IMG/VR virus record: IMGVR_UViG_3300038429_000225
Coordinates: 1 to 64,000 of that record
Direction: 5' to 3' (one strand)
DNA length: 64,000 nucleotides
DNA from: a virus
Below the pieces are notes generated by a model, which worked only from the letters and a program-made list of their open reading frames with translations, had not been told where the DNA came from and searched no databases. The translations under genes were made by a program, and so were the position numbers. This document shows, in pieces, positions 47,130 to 56,767 of this stretch (its first letter is position 1; each line of letters opens with the position of its first letter).

Positions 47130-47854
47130 GCGACAACCCTTTTCTTTTCAGTGATGGCTCCCGAGCGGAGCGGCCTCAGTTGTGCCGAAGGTCCTTCGGA
47201 CAGAAGCCCCTTCGGGGCGCCGAAACCCTACGTTCGTAATTCGCGATTCGCGAATAGCGAATGTCACCGCACTTCCCTCCGCGCTGCCCTCCGCGTCCGA
47301 TCTAAATCATTGATAATAAAGGACAGCGTGTCGCTACTGTGCCCTCATGATCCAAAACCGCTAACAAGGATCCAAGGACACTAAGATTCGCTGGTCTATA
47401 GACCACAGAACTCGCTGACACGCCATATACCCGCTGGAGGCTCCGGTATATAGGATGGATGGCGATCGCGCGCCTGCGAGGCTGCCCGGGCGCTGGGAGC
47501 CCCGACTACATAATGTGTCACAAAACCCCCCGATTCGAGGGGTTTCGTGCATCATCGAAGGAGCGTGTTTCAACATACGCTGAAACTACCACAATTGGTG
47601 AACAGGCGGTGCACCCGCGGAGCACCCGCGGAGCGCCCTTACGGGGGTGCGACAGAGGCGCGACAGAGGCGCGCGGCGGGCGCGATGGACGGGCAGGAAG
47701 GGCGCTGGGAGCCCCCAGTGTATAATCAGTAACGTTATAGATATCGAGTCTCGACCCATGGGTTGAAGAAAAAGCGAAAGTCGAAAAGTCAAGTAGTTGG
47801 AAGCAAAGGACTTAACCCAAAACAGAAAGTCTATTTTCGTGCAGTGGGGTCGAA

Positions 47855-48076
47855 TTCTTACCCTGTGTGTGATCGAAGAATCCCTACAATACCCGTGACT
47901 CTCTCTCTCTCTCTCTCTCTCTCACACCTAGGGTAAAAATGGAGTATATAATAAGTGTCTTTATTTTCAACAACTTCAATACGGAGTTCTTACCCGCGCA
48001 AGAAAGGGGTAAATATCCAAATAGGATACTAATGAATATTTACCACACATTCCCCCACATCTTTCTGGGGTAAGAA
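47855..48076. repeat. Iteron-like array with (CT)12 tract; putative replication origin
   Basis: Five GGGTAA/TTACCC copies in alternating orientation (47858, 47931, 47990, 48007, 48068), three extending to TTCTTACCC. (CT)12 at 47899-47922. AT-rich spacers. Confidence 0.5.
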
Positions 48077-48081
48077 GTCCG

Positions 48082-48435
48082 TCACCCAATCCAGGTGTAA
48101 AGTAGTCCTTTTCGACCTCTTCCTTTGTGAAACAAGTTCGGTTCTTCGGTTACCCTACCGGATTCGACCAGGCGCCGGAGTGGGGCGGCATTCTCTGTTC
48201 CGCGGAAGGATCGATTGATCTCCCACAATTGAACGGATCCTTTCGATCGAAGGAAGTTTGAGAGTGTCTCTTCGGTAGTCTCAAGAAGTGTTTTCAAAAT
48301 AGGTTTCGGCCGGGACGCAGTGATGTGGTAGTCGCACAGGACACAGTGAAGCATGAGTCCTTCAGCACGCGCGTCAGCAATTACTTCCACGACCGAATTG
48401 TATTCATTTAGTTCTTTCATCAGTGAGTCCTCCAT
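48082..48435 (-). CDS. Winged-helix protein resembling the primase C-terminus
   Basis: LRRLVESGRV...RGRKGLLYTWI versus primase ITNLVQEGIV...RGRKAQIIKWV. Confidence 0.55.
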   Translation of the reverse strand: MEDSLMKELNEYNSVVEVIADARAEGLMLHCVLCDYHITASRPKPILKTLLETTEETLSNFLRSKGSVQLWEINRSFRGTENAAPLRRLVESGRVTEEPNLFHKGRGRKGLLYTWIG

Positions 48436-49591
48436 TGAACTCGAGAGTAGATTATCACCGAATTGGATTCATGTCAAGAACTATTTTGAGGGGGCCCCCA
48501 GCTCCCTACCCGGGCTCTCCCGCGGCGCCCCGCGCGGCCGGCGATGGCGAGATTGATGGCGAGATGGCGGCGAGATCAGGTTTGATCTAAATCATCTCGG
48601 AATACGACAAAGGAGATCTACTTGTCAATTCATAGTATTACAATCAGATCCGTGGATTCATAGATTGACATATTCCCATATCAGGACATTTATGTACAAG
48701 ACAGACATCTATGTCCAGATCGTGACAAGCTGGAGTTGTAAGGTGGCGACAGTTGGGGCTCCTGACCACCCTAAGGGACATAAAGTGCCCCCTGGGGGGC
48801 TAGGGTCCCCTAAGTGCCTAAATATGGTCATATTATTTATGAAGTACGCATTAATACTATTTTGTAGTAATTTTGTCGGGTGACCGGGTAGTCGCGGCAC
48901 AAACCCGGAGGCCCTGGCCCCCAGGGTGACTAGGGTCCCCTATCGACTCTAACTATAATATAATCAATAAGATAGACGCGAGAAGATCACGCGCTATAAT
49001 TATAATTGGATATTAACATAAAATGTGACGCACGTCACAATTTGTGCGAAAAAACTGTATATAATGATAGAAAAATTCGTTGCAAGTTGTTGAAAATAAA
49101 ATACTTGTGAGCGAATTTTCAAAAGTGTAGTAAAAAGTACACAAAACACAGAAAATGCGTCAGACAACATTCTATCCCATATACCTATGAACATATGATA
49201 CTATGTTTGCGTGTCCTGTCCTGTCACTGCGGGCACCCAGCACGCTCAGAACACGCCACCACAAGACATTTCACACAAAACGACTCGCACACAGCCGTCA
49301 GGACGCACGATCTCCACTGGGCTGGACTCACAGATCAAGGCCGTTCTATGAAGAATTAACAACTTACAGATCTGCTGCGATTGGGTATTCAACTACCCAT
49401 TTGGGATATCAGCAACTAACAGACCGGCCGCAATTACATACCCCGTGTAAATTCTACACTCAAATAGAATTCAGTCAACTTGTCAACAATCAAGCGATTA
49501 GAAAACGTGGTATGTAGAATGTTCTTGGCAGTTTAGAGAAGTGTGTAGAATTTTCCTGTTACCGCGACAGGTCCACACACAAACAAAGGAC

Positions 49592-49621
49592 TTGACTTTG
49601 GCACAGCGATTGCACTATGCT
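49592..49621 (+). promoter_or_regulatory. Overlapping sigma54 and sigma70 promoter candidates heading the rightward arm
   Basis: TGGCAC-N5-TTGCA at 49599-49614 and TTGACT-18-TATGCT at 49592-49621. Confidence 0.5.
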
Positions 49622-49904
49622 TGAGCGTCTGGCAACAGACAAAGTAAGTCAGTCGGGTGGAATCGGGGAATCGAAACAAAGCACACGCCACACTGACAAG
49701 CCTAAGACGCCGAGACAAAGCTAGCAGGACTAGCCCAGTCTAACCGAAGCGAACGGCGCATTCAACACCCAAAGGAACGGCACACTGGATGTCAGATAAC
49801 CAGTCACTTTTGGGTAGGCGGAATTGAGAGCCCCAAACAAAGTTAACAACACCGTCCAGCTTCTTAATAGTGGCTGGACGCCGATGTTCACTTTCGGAGA
49901 CATT

Positions 49905-52372
49905 ATGACGAGCACAAATTGGATTCAGCAACACCGCAAGATAGACGCGGAGTTCGATGAACAGATGAAACAGTTTCCGTCAACCATTCTTTTCTACACT
50001 CCCGAAGGACAAGAGACATTTAAGGCTATTCAGCGAATGCAAGGTAAGCGCGAAGTAGCCCACTACATGCTGAACAAAGAGTATGAAGCCCAATTAGCGG
50101 CCGTTCCTCTTACCAAACAGGAACAGCAAGCCAAAGGCTTTCAGGAAGCCTACCCTGAATTTTGTGCTACAGCTATTGAAACTAGCACCTTCCTCTCGCA
50201 GCATTGGTTTACGATATTGATTGTTGTAGCAGTTGTGGGTCTTTGTTTTGGCTGGTTTGGTTATGATTACTCACACGTAGGCGGAGCAGACACCCCGTAG
50301 TAAACAAGAAAGGATACCTAATGTCACCCTCAAATCAAGCTATCCGCGCATCCTATCTCAAACTGGTCTTCACAATCAACCCTATGTGGCGTAGGTTCCT
50401 GTTGGACGTGTTCCTAAACGCGCACATCCAAGCTTTTTGAGAGAGAGAGCACGTAACGCCCGCGACCTTGAGAGCGTGGGCGTTGCTGTTCCTTCTCCAC
50501 AAAGAGGGGGCACCCAGCTCCACAGGGAAATTAGGAGAACACCATGTCGATCAAGGATGCATTGTGGTTCACCATGCACGCAGATGCCAGCAGCGCTTCC
50601 GTCCGCAACGAAGCGCTAGAAAGCCTACGACGTGCATTCGAAGAGCAGGACGATTCCATCTATGTCCGCGAAGACTTGCGGCATAATCCAGAGTTTGTTC
50701 AGGAAAAAGACAATGTCAAGGCATTGGTTGCCCGTATCGCCGAAGAGTACGCCCACTCCGCGCCACCTACGGCCGTTAAAGAAATCAAGCTGCCTGCACC
50801 GGCACCGCAGCCAACATACAACGGGGCAACCAAGGCGAAAGAATCCTACAAAGACAAAGTCATATGCGGAACATTTTTCCCTATTTTACTTTTTGGCGGT
50901 GGGTGGCTTTGCACCGTATTGGCTTCAGTAGTTGGCCCTTGGCCAGCAATCTTTATCACGGGGGTGGCCTTTTGGCTCTGGTCACAATCTTTGTCACGGG
51001 GGTGGCCCTTTGGCTAGGGATAATGCCCAAAGATCTTTGGAGAACACCATGTATACGTGGCTGCTGTTGTGCATGGGCTTCCGCTTGCTGTTTGTCCGTG
51101 GCGCTGGCCTTGCTGTCCTGCGCATTCTTGCGTGGCCTCCATCGCGCGCAAGATTTGATCGAATCGTCAACGGAGGCAACGCATGATTACGCTTGTGTTC
51201 TTTGCTGTGACACTGTGGCCGCAGCCTACCTTCACGGTATTCCCAGGCTATGAACCACTTCCAAACCCTAAGCCGGCGGATTGCATCATCATTCCGTTGG
51301 ACAATCCGCAACCAAAAGATATTTCTATTGTCCACGACCCAGTTCTGACAGCGTAGGAGTACATCATGATCCCATTGTGGTGGCTGTTCTGTGACTTTTG
51401 TCAAAAGGAAACGCAACACGAACACGAATATTCTTGCTGGTGGCGTTGTCTTCTTTGTTGCCACACACGCAAGGCGTGGAGGTCGCTGTGATATATGCTC
51501 TTGGAGTCTTTGCAGGTCTGGTGATTGGCTGGAGTCTGTGTCTGTGCCGAATCGCAGCCAAGTTTGAGCCTAAACCGCGGCCACGGAGTTAGTGCGGGTC
51601 TCCCAGAGACGAAACCCCTTTCCCTACTACATCACAGAGCACAGAGCACAGAGCGCCACATGCGCCACATCCTGAGAGAGTGTGGCGCGCGAGTCACTCT
51701 GTAGAGACTTAGAAAGCAATGAGGCTAACGATAATGACACTCATACTTAGAAAGTATATTCCGAAAGTAGGAGCAAAAGTCAAATTGCGCGAGTGGCAGG
51801 ATTACACTTCGCGCAACTTGCACGTGTGGGCGTGGTTTGAAGTCTTGCGCGTCAATTCAGACGGAACTGCGGTACTCCAGCATGATAACGCGGGGGAAAA
51901 ACTTGAGATAGTCACTCTCCCTTGCGAGACAATCGCGGCGCCGATAGGGTGGGAACCCAGATATACAATCTATTGCAAACCAGAGCAAGCCGAAACGATA
52001 GTGAGTAACTGGTTCACTCGCGGTATCGTGGTCCGACAGTCTCACGATATGGGCAGTCACATGCCGCAAGTATTCCAACCTGCCGATAACGCTGGGCAAC
52101 CCAGTTGGCAGTTTCCAGAGGTAACAGATTCAATTCCCGCATCCGAGTGTGCACGTTTGTTTCGCGTGGTCTCGGTGGTCACTCAAGAGATTAATCACTA
52201 TTCAGACCCAACCTTGCCAGACTTGCGCGCAATGGGCAGGACTAAACGCGGGAAGGCAATCAAGGCCATGCGCGCCGATGGGTGGAGTGTGCGGTATGTT
52301 CCCTATGCGGGCGGATTTTGGGAACGGCAGAGAGAGACCGTAGTGCATGAATGGGAAGAGGTAAAACAGTGA
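49905..52372 (+). CDS. Early-type hypothetical genes (~49905..50300 and 50544..51017 with C-terminal TM; ~51734..52372)
   Basis: ORF track with RBSs. No recognisable family. Confidence 0.5.
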
Positions 52373-52373
52373 A

Positions 52374-53516
52374 CCCGCTAGCGAGCACAATCCCAGACTT
52401 TAGTCTGGGTAAGCGAGCGATATTATGATCCAAGCTCAACTCAAACTTCGACTCAACAAAAAGCAGGAAGCCTTGCTTGTGGGGTGGCTGTGCAACTTGA
52501 CAGGCGTGTGGAATTGGGCTGTGCGCAAAATCGAACTCAATGCCAAGGACAAGATATACTTCAGTGCAAAAGATTTTCAGAATTTACTTGCAAACCATGG
52601 CGAAAAACTGGAGATACCTTCGCACACGTTGCAAGGCATTCTTTCACAGGCGCATCTGGCGTGGACACGTTGTTTCAAGAAGATTGCCAAGCGTCCGCAT
52701 CTCAAAGGGCAAAGAAACAAGCTCAATAGCATCCCGTTTCCAGACCCCATCAAACCGCCGAAGGATAACTACATCGGCTTGCCGGGGCTTGGGAAGGTTC
52801 GTTTCCACAAACAAGAGTTGCCGGAAGGGAAAATCAAGTGTGGTCGTATCGTTAGGCGTGCCAGCGGTTGGTATCTGTGCTTGTTCATCGCAACTGACCG
52901 CGAACCTATCAAACGTGTTGGATACGGAAAGATTGGTATCGACCCCGGATTCAAGGCGTTGCTCACGATGTCGGACGGGGAAGTCGTAGACCATCCTCGG
53001 GAACTCGAAGCCATCGAACATCGGTTGGCTCAAGCGCAACGAGGGCACGACAAAGTGTTAGCGGCTCGTCTCCAAGAGAAGAGAGCGAACCAAGTCAAAG
53101 ACCGCAATCACAAACTTTCGTTGCGTCTTGTTCAAGAGAACGTAGTGATTCGTTTTAGTGCAGACAACCATAGGGGTGTGGCACACAAGTTTGGGAAGTC
53201 AGTTTCATCGTCTTCCCATTATCAGTTGCGTCAGATGCTTTCGTACAAGAGCCGTGCAGGCGGTACGGAATACGACGAACCTGATTCCAAGTTTTCCACC
53301 ATGACCTGTTCTGTATGTGGGAGCCGTTCTGGTCCCGCAGGATGGGGCGGGCTTGCGGTAAGGCAATGGCGTTGCTCAGAGTGTGGAACTCTGCATGACC
53401 GCGACGTAAACGCGGCTCGTAACACGCTGTTTGTCGGGGCAGGATATGCCCACGAGGTGCAACATGCCAACGCATGATGCAGTCAGGAATCCCAGAGCTT
53501 GCTCTGGGAGTATCAA
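52374..53516 (+). mobile_element. Non-autonomous IS200/IS605-family element (TnpB only)
   Basis: Left subterminal hairpin CCCAGAC-TTTA-GTCTGGG (52392-52409) and right-end GGAATCCCAGAGC-TT-GCTCTGGGAG...TCAA. No tnpA. The left boundary is inferred. Confidence 0.8.
52425..53477 (+). CDS. tnpB: TnpB RNA-guided nuclease homologue
   Basis: KLRL...Q...L, VWN, GIDPG, CSVCG...WRCSECG..HDRDVNAARN. Confidence 0.93.
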   Translation: MIQAQLKLRLNKKQEALLVGWLCNLTGVWNWAVRKIELNAKDKIYFSAKDFQNLLANHGEKLEIPSHTLQGILSQAHLAWTRCFKKIAKRPHLKGQRNKLNSIPFPDPIKPPKDNYIGLPGLGKVRFHKQELPEGKIKCGRIVRRASGWYLCLFIATDREPIKRVGYGKIGIDPGFKALLTMSDGEVVDHPRELEAIEHRLAQAQRGHDKVLAARLQEKRANQVKDRNHKLSLRLVQENVVIRFSADNHRGVAHKFGKSVSSSSHYQLRQMLSYKSRAGGTEYDEPDSKFSTMTCSVCGSRSGPAGWGGLAVRQWRCSECGTLHDRDVNAARNTLFVGAGYAHEVQHANA

Positions 53517-53814
53517 TATAACCGGCGCATGCAAGAGCGCTGGGAGCGCGAGCAGGAACGGCTGCACAAGAAAGAAGCACGCATCGTCGAACGCGTGGAG
53601 AAACTCTGCGAAACCATAGGCTGCAAACCCATTTTCCAAGGCGACCCAAGGGGAAACACTCTCAAAATCCAAGTCCCAGACGGTTATACAAACGACTGGG
53701 GCAAAAAAGGGTTGTGCGTCCCAACATCCTAAGTAAGTGTTTCGCTAGTGCTCACTCTGGTGGGCACAGTGGGGAACACCCCAGAAAGCAGGAAAGACGC
53801 CACGCAAAACAAGA

Positions 53815-53862
53815 AACGCATGATGCAGTCAGGAATCCCAGAGCTTGCTCTGGGAGTATCAA
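53815..53862 (+). repeat. Exact 48-bp second copy of the IS right end (first copy 53469-53516)
   Basis: AACGCATGATGCAGTCAGGAATCCCAGAGCTTGCTCTGGGAGTATCAA occurs twice. Confidence 0.95.
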
Positions 53863-53878
53863 AATAAACGGAGGAAAT

Positions 53879-54295
53879 ATGCAACGATGCACGCAAAAAG
53901 CACGGTACGAATTCATTAGCCTACTTAAGAAACACACCGCAGTCACCCCGGCGAATTTTACCGCCAATACCCCGAAACTGGTGCCACTGGTGCCAGAGGA
54001 AACGGTCGAGTGGGTTGCATTGCGCCTACTGCACTACGGCGCAACACTCGGACGCATCGCGGAGAATCAGTGTAACGGTTACCAGACTTGGGATTATAAG
54101 TGGGATGAGAAGGCCGCGAAGAAAGACGAAGAGAAAGAAGCACGCATCGTCGAACGCGTGGAGAAACTCTGCGAAACCATAGGCTGCAAACCCATTTTCC
54201 AAGGCGACCCAAGGGGAAACACTCTCAAAATCCAAGTCCCAGACGGCTATACGAATGACTGGGGCAACGAAGGGTTGTGCGTCCCAACATCCTAA
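53879..54295 (+). CDS. Conserved phage hypothetical protein (E..CNG...GDPRG type); a truncated copy lies at ~53517..53732
   Basis: GGAGG RBS, ENQCNG and FQGDPRG. Confidence 0.7.
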   Translation: MQRCTQKARYEFISLLKKHTAVTPANFTANTPKLVPLVPEETVEWVALRLLHYGATLGRIAENQCNGYQTWDYKWDEKAAKKDEEKEARIVERVEKLCETIGCKPIFQGDPRGNTLKIQVPDGYTNDWGNEGLCVPTS

Positions 54296-54368
54296 ACAAG
54301 TGTTTCGCTAGTGCCCACGTTCGGGCAGTCAAGCAGGAACAAACAGAAGAACTTAAGGAGGCAACAGC

Positions 54369-54656
54369 ATGAATGCAACACTCAGATGTGGGAAATGTGG
54401 CACAGATACCATTGTGACCAATTGCAACATAGCGCGCATTGCTGTCAAGTGTCCGTGTTCGAACTGTGGTTTTCCAAACACGCTAGTCCAGATGTTGGAA
54501 AACTATTATGGCACTACACTAGGCAACGCGGTGCGCCGCGAGATGAAGCCATTGGAGAGGGCAAAGTCTAACGATGCGGTCACATCCCTGATCGCCCGGT
54601 TAGAGGCCACTGTTCAAGGCTTGATTGATGCCAGCGTACAGCTTGCGCAAATGTGA
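54369..54656 (+). CDS. Zinc-ribbon protein
   Basis: CGKCG...CPCSNCG and an AAGGAGG RBS. Confidence 0.6.
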   Translation: MNATLRCGKCGTDTIVTNCNIARIAVKCPCSNCGFPNTLVQMLENYYGTTLGNAVRREMKPLERAKSNDAVTSLIARLEATVQGLIDASVQLAQM

Positions 54657-54717
54657 GTGTGCGCGTAGACCCTGCTCTGGTAGGGTCTGCGGGATACACT
54701 CCCAGGAAGGTAAATCT

Positions 54718-55386
54718 ATGAAAGAAGCACCGAAAGGTTGGCATAATCATTCAAATGGTGGCGGGTTGGTTCAAGATACCGCTGAAGTTAAAACGACGGT
54801 CTTTATCGAAGAAAATGCGCAGGTGTATGGCAACGCGCGGGTGTACGGCAACGCGCGGGTGTCCGGCAACGCGCGGGTGTACGGCGACGCGCAGATGTCC
54901 GGCAACGCGCGGATGTTCGGCAACGCGCGGGTGTACGGCAACGCGCGGGTGTCCGACGACGCGCAGATGTCCGGCAACGCGCGGATGTTCGGCAACGCGC
55001 GGGTGTACGGCAACGCGCGGGTGTCCGGCGACGCGCGGATGTTCGGCAACGCGTGGGTGTACGGCAACGCGCGGGTGTACGGCAACGCGTGGGTGTACGG
55101 CAACGCGCGGGTGTACGGCAACGCGCGGGTGTCCGGCAACGCGCGGGTGTCCGGCAAAGCGCGGGTATTCGGCGACGCGTGGGAAACTTCTCCACTCTAT
55201 ATCCAAGGCTCAAAACACGCTTTGACAAACTCTCGTAAAGGTTACATTCAAATTGGATGTTACGAAAAAACTTTCGAAGACTGGAAAAAGCACTACGAAG
55301 CAATCGGACGCGCCGAGGGCTACACTCCAGAACAAATTAAAGAGTACGGTCAGTTGATTGATTTATTTATCGCAATCGGAAAATAA
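54718..55386 (+). CDS. Hexapeptide-repeat (left-handed beta-helix-like) protein
   Basis: 20 in-frame 18-bp repeats (54823-55182) encoding VYGNAR variants. Flanked by H.NGGG.V..TA.V and IGC...W motifs. Confidence 0.85.
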   Translation: MKEAPKGWHNHSNGGGLVQDTAEVKTTVFIEENAQVYGNARVYGNARVSGNARVYGDAQMSGNARMFGNARVYGNARVSDDAQMSGNARMFGNARVYGNARVSGDARMFGNAWVYGNARVYGNAWVYGNARVYGNARVSGNARVSGKARVFGDAWETSPLYIQGSKHALTNSRKGYIQIGCYEKTFEDWKKHYEAIGRAEGYTPEQIKEYGQLIDLFIAIGK

Positions 55387-55974
55387 TCTAGGAATGAACG
55401 CATAGAGCCCACCTCTCATCCTAGTGGGCTCTGCGGGTAACATTCCTGGAGGCCATATGCGGCACAAAGATCAGAGAGGTATTCGAAAGCTTGTGCGGCA
55501 CGCGAGACGGCTAGCGAAGTTCATGCGCCAGCTATACAAGACGCAGGACGCCAAAGCCGAAATCACTTGCAGAAAGGACCGAAATGCGTAATCTTGTGCG
55601 AGCAATCAAGTTTGCCTGGAAACGCTATCGCTTAGAGCGCGACATCCGCGCCTTTGAGCGCTGGCAACGGAGCACGTCCAAATGATCGACAACGAAACAG
55701 GGGAAGTCGTGCAGGACAACGGCTGCAACATGATACCGGCGCGCCCCGGCGAGCCCGTCACAGAGATGTACATCTGCGAAGTGCCGCATCTCTTTCTCCA
55801 CGTCAATCAACTTTACATCTTCCGAGTTCACCCGGAGTGTGATGAGTGTAAGGCCCTGGCCCTGCATACGCCGAAAGAGCAATCATGACACACAGCGGTA
55901 GAAGCCGGCCAGGATAGCAAGAGAACTCTGCGCCTCTGGTGGGACTAATCCGCGAGTGTACGCGCCAAGGGGAC

Positions 55975-56003
55975 TTGACAAAGTCCCTTTGTCGGGCTAC
56001 ACT
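55975..56003 (+). promoter_or_regulatory. sigma70 promoter candidate
   Basis: TTGACA-17-TACACT, overlapping a long hairpin. Confidence 0.55.
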
Positions 56004-56023
56004 AGCTCAAAAGGAGTGTGTAA

Positions 56024-56767
56024 ATGAAATTACTATCCGTCAGCGCTGACGCAAAGACGGTCAAGGGCGAGAAAAAAGGATACCTCACAGGAATTCTCTA
56101 TCTTGCACCGGCCGACACGTCCGGCGTCGCAAACGTTTGCGCCAATTCTTCGCCGGGGTGTCGGGCCGCGTGCCTGTTCACCGCGGGGAGAGCCGCGTAC
56201 TTTCCGAAGATCAATCAAGCGCGCATCCGGAAGACACAGTGGTTCTTCCAGAACCCTCTGAGTTTTCAGATGCAACTACACGATGATATCATGGCCCTAA
56301 TACGTCAAGCCAAACGTCTGGACCTAAAGCCTTGCGTGCGACTGAACGGGACCAGTGATCTTCCCCGACTAGCGCACATGATGGCACAGCATCCGCACTT
56401 CAAGCACGTGCAATTTTATGACTATTCGGCCCACCCCCGACCGTGGCTGCGGACGCTTTCAAATTATCACTTGACATTCTCCTTAAAAGAGGATAACCTG
56501 GAGGATGCGCTCGAATGCCTCCGTCACAAAATCAATGTGGCTGTGGTTTTTGATAAGAAGCCATTTCCAAAAATGTTCCTAGGTCGCAAAGTGTATGACG
56601 GAGACGAAAACGACTTGCGATTTAAGACTTCTAGGAAAGGTATTATCGTCGGCTTGATAGCGAAAGGTCAGGCAAAGAAAGACCGGACAGGGTTTGTCCA
56701 AAGGAATTCTACATGCGAAAACAATACACTCGTGCAGATCACAGAAAGTGGCGCAGGAACAGACTAA
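56024..56767 (+). CDS. GP88-family (radical-SAM-like fold) protein
   Basis: LYLAPA, C...S.GC...CL..AGR, VRLNGTSD, QFYDY, NYHLTFS, DGD..DLRF, GL.AKG. Confidence 0.8.
   Translation: MKLLSVSADAKTVKGEKKGYLTGILYLAPADTSGVANVCANSSPGCRAACLFTAGRAAYFPKINQARIRKTQWFFQNPLSFQMQLHDDIMALIRQAKRLDLKPCVRLNGTSDLPRLAHMMAQHPHFKHVQFYDYSAHPRPWLRTLSNYHLTFSLKEDNLEDALECLRHKINVAVVFDKKPFPKMFLGRKVYDGDENDLRFKTSRKGIIVGLIAKGQAKKDRTGFVQRNSTCENNTLVQITESGAGTD

Larger units (their letters stand above)
53569..54318 (+). repeat. 187-bp near-identical direct repeat (53569-53755 and 54132-54318)
   Basis: Both copies encode KEARIVERVEKLCETIGCKPIFQGDPRG...GLCVPTS* plus the start of the downstream hairpin. Confidence 0.95.

Noticed and set aside
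50947-51015. 31-bp imperfect tandem duplication (period 38)
   Set aside because: Real, but most simply a local slippage at a gene 3' end with no sign of function.
51590-51620. Hairpin followed by GAAAC, resembling a hammerhead ribozyme
   Set aside because: No CUGANGA core upstream and no stems I/III.
54823-55182. 18-bp tandem array as a CRISPR or DGR repeat
   Set aside because: There are no spacers. The units are in frame and encode a hexapeptide repeat, and no cas or reverse transcriptase gene is in the window.
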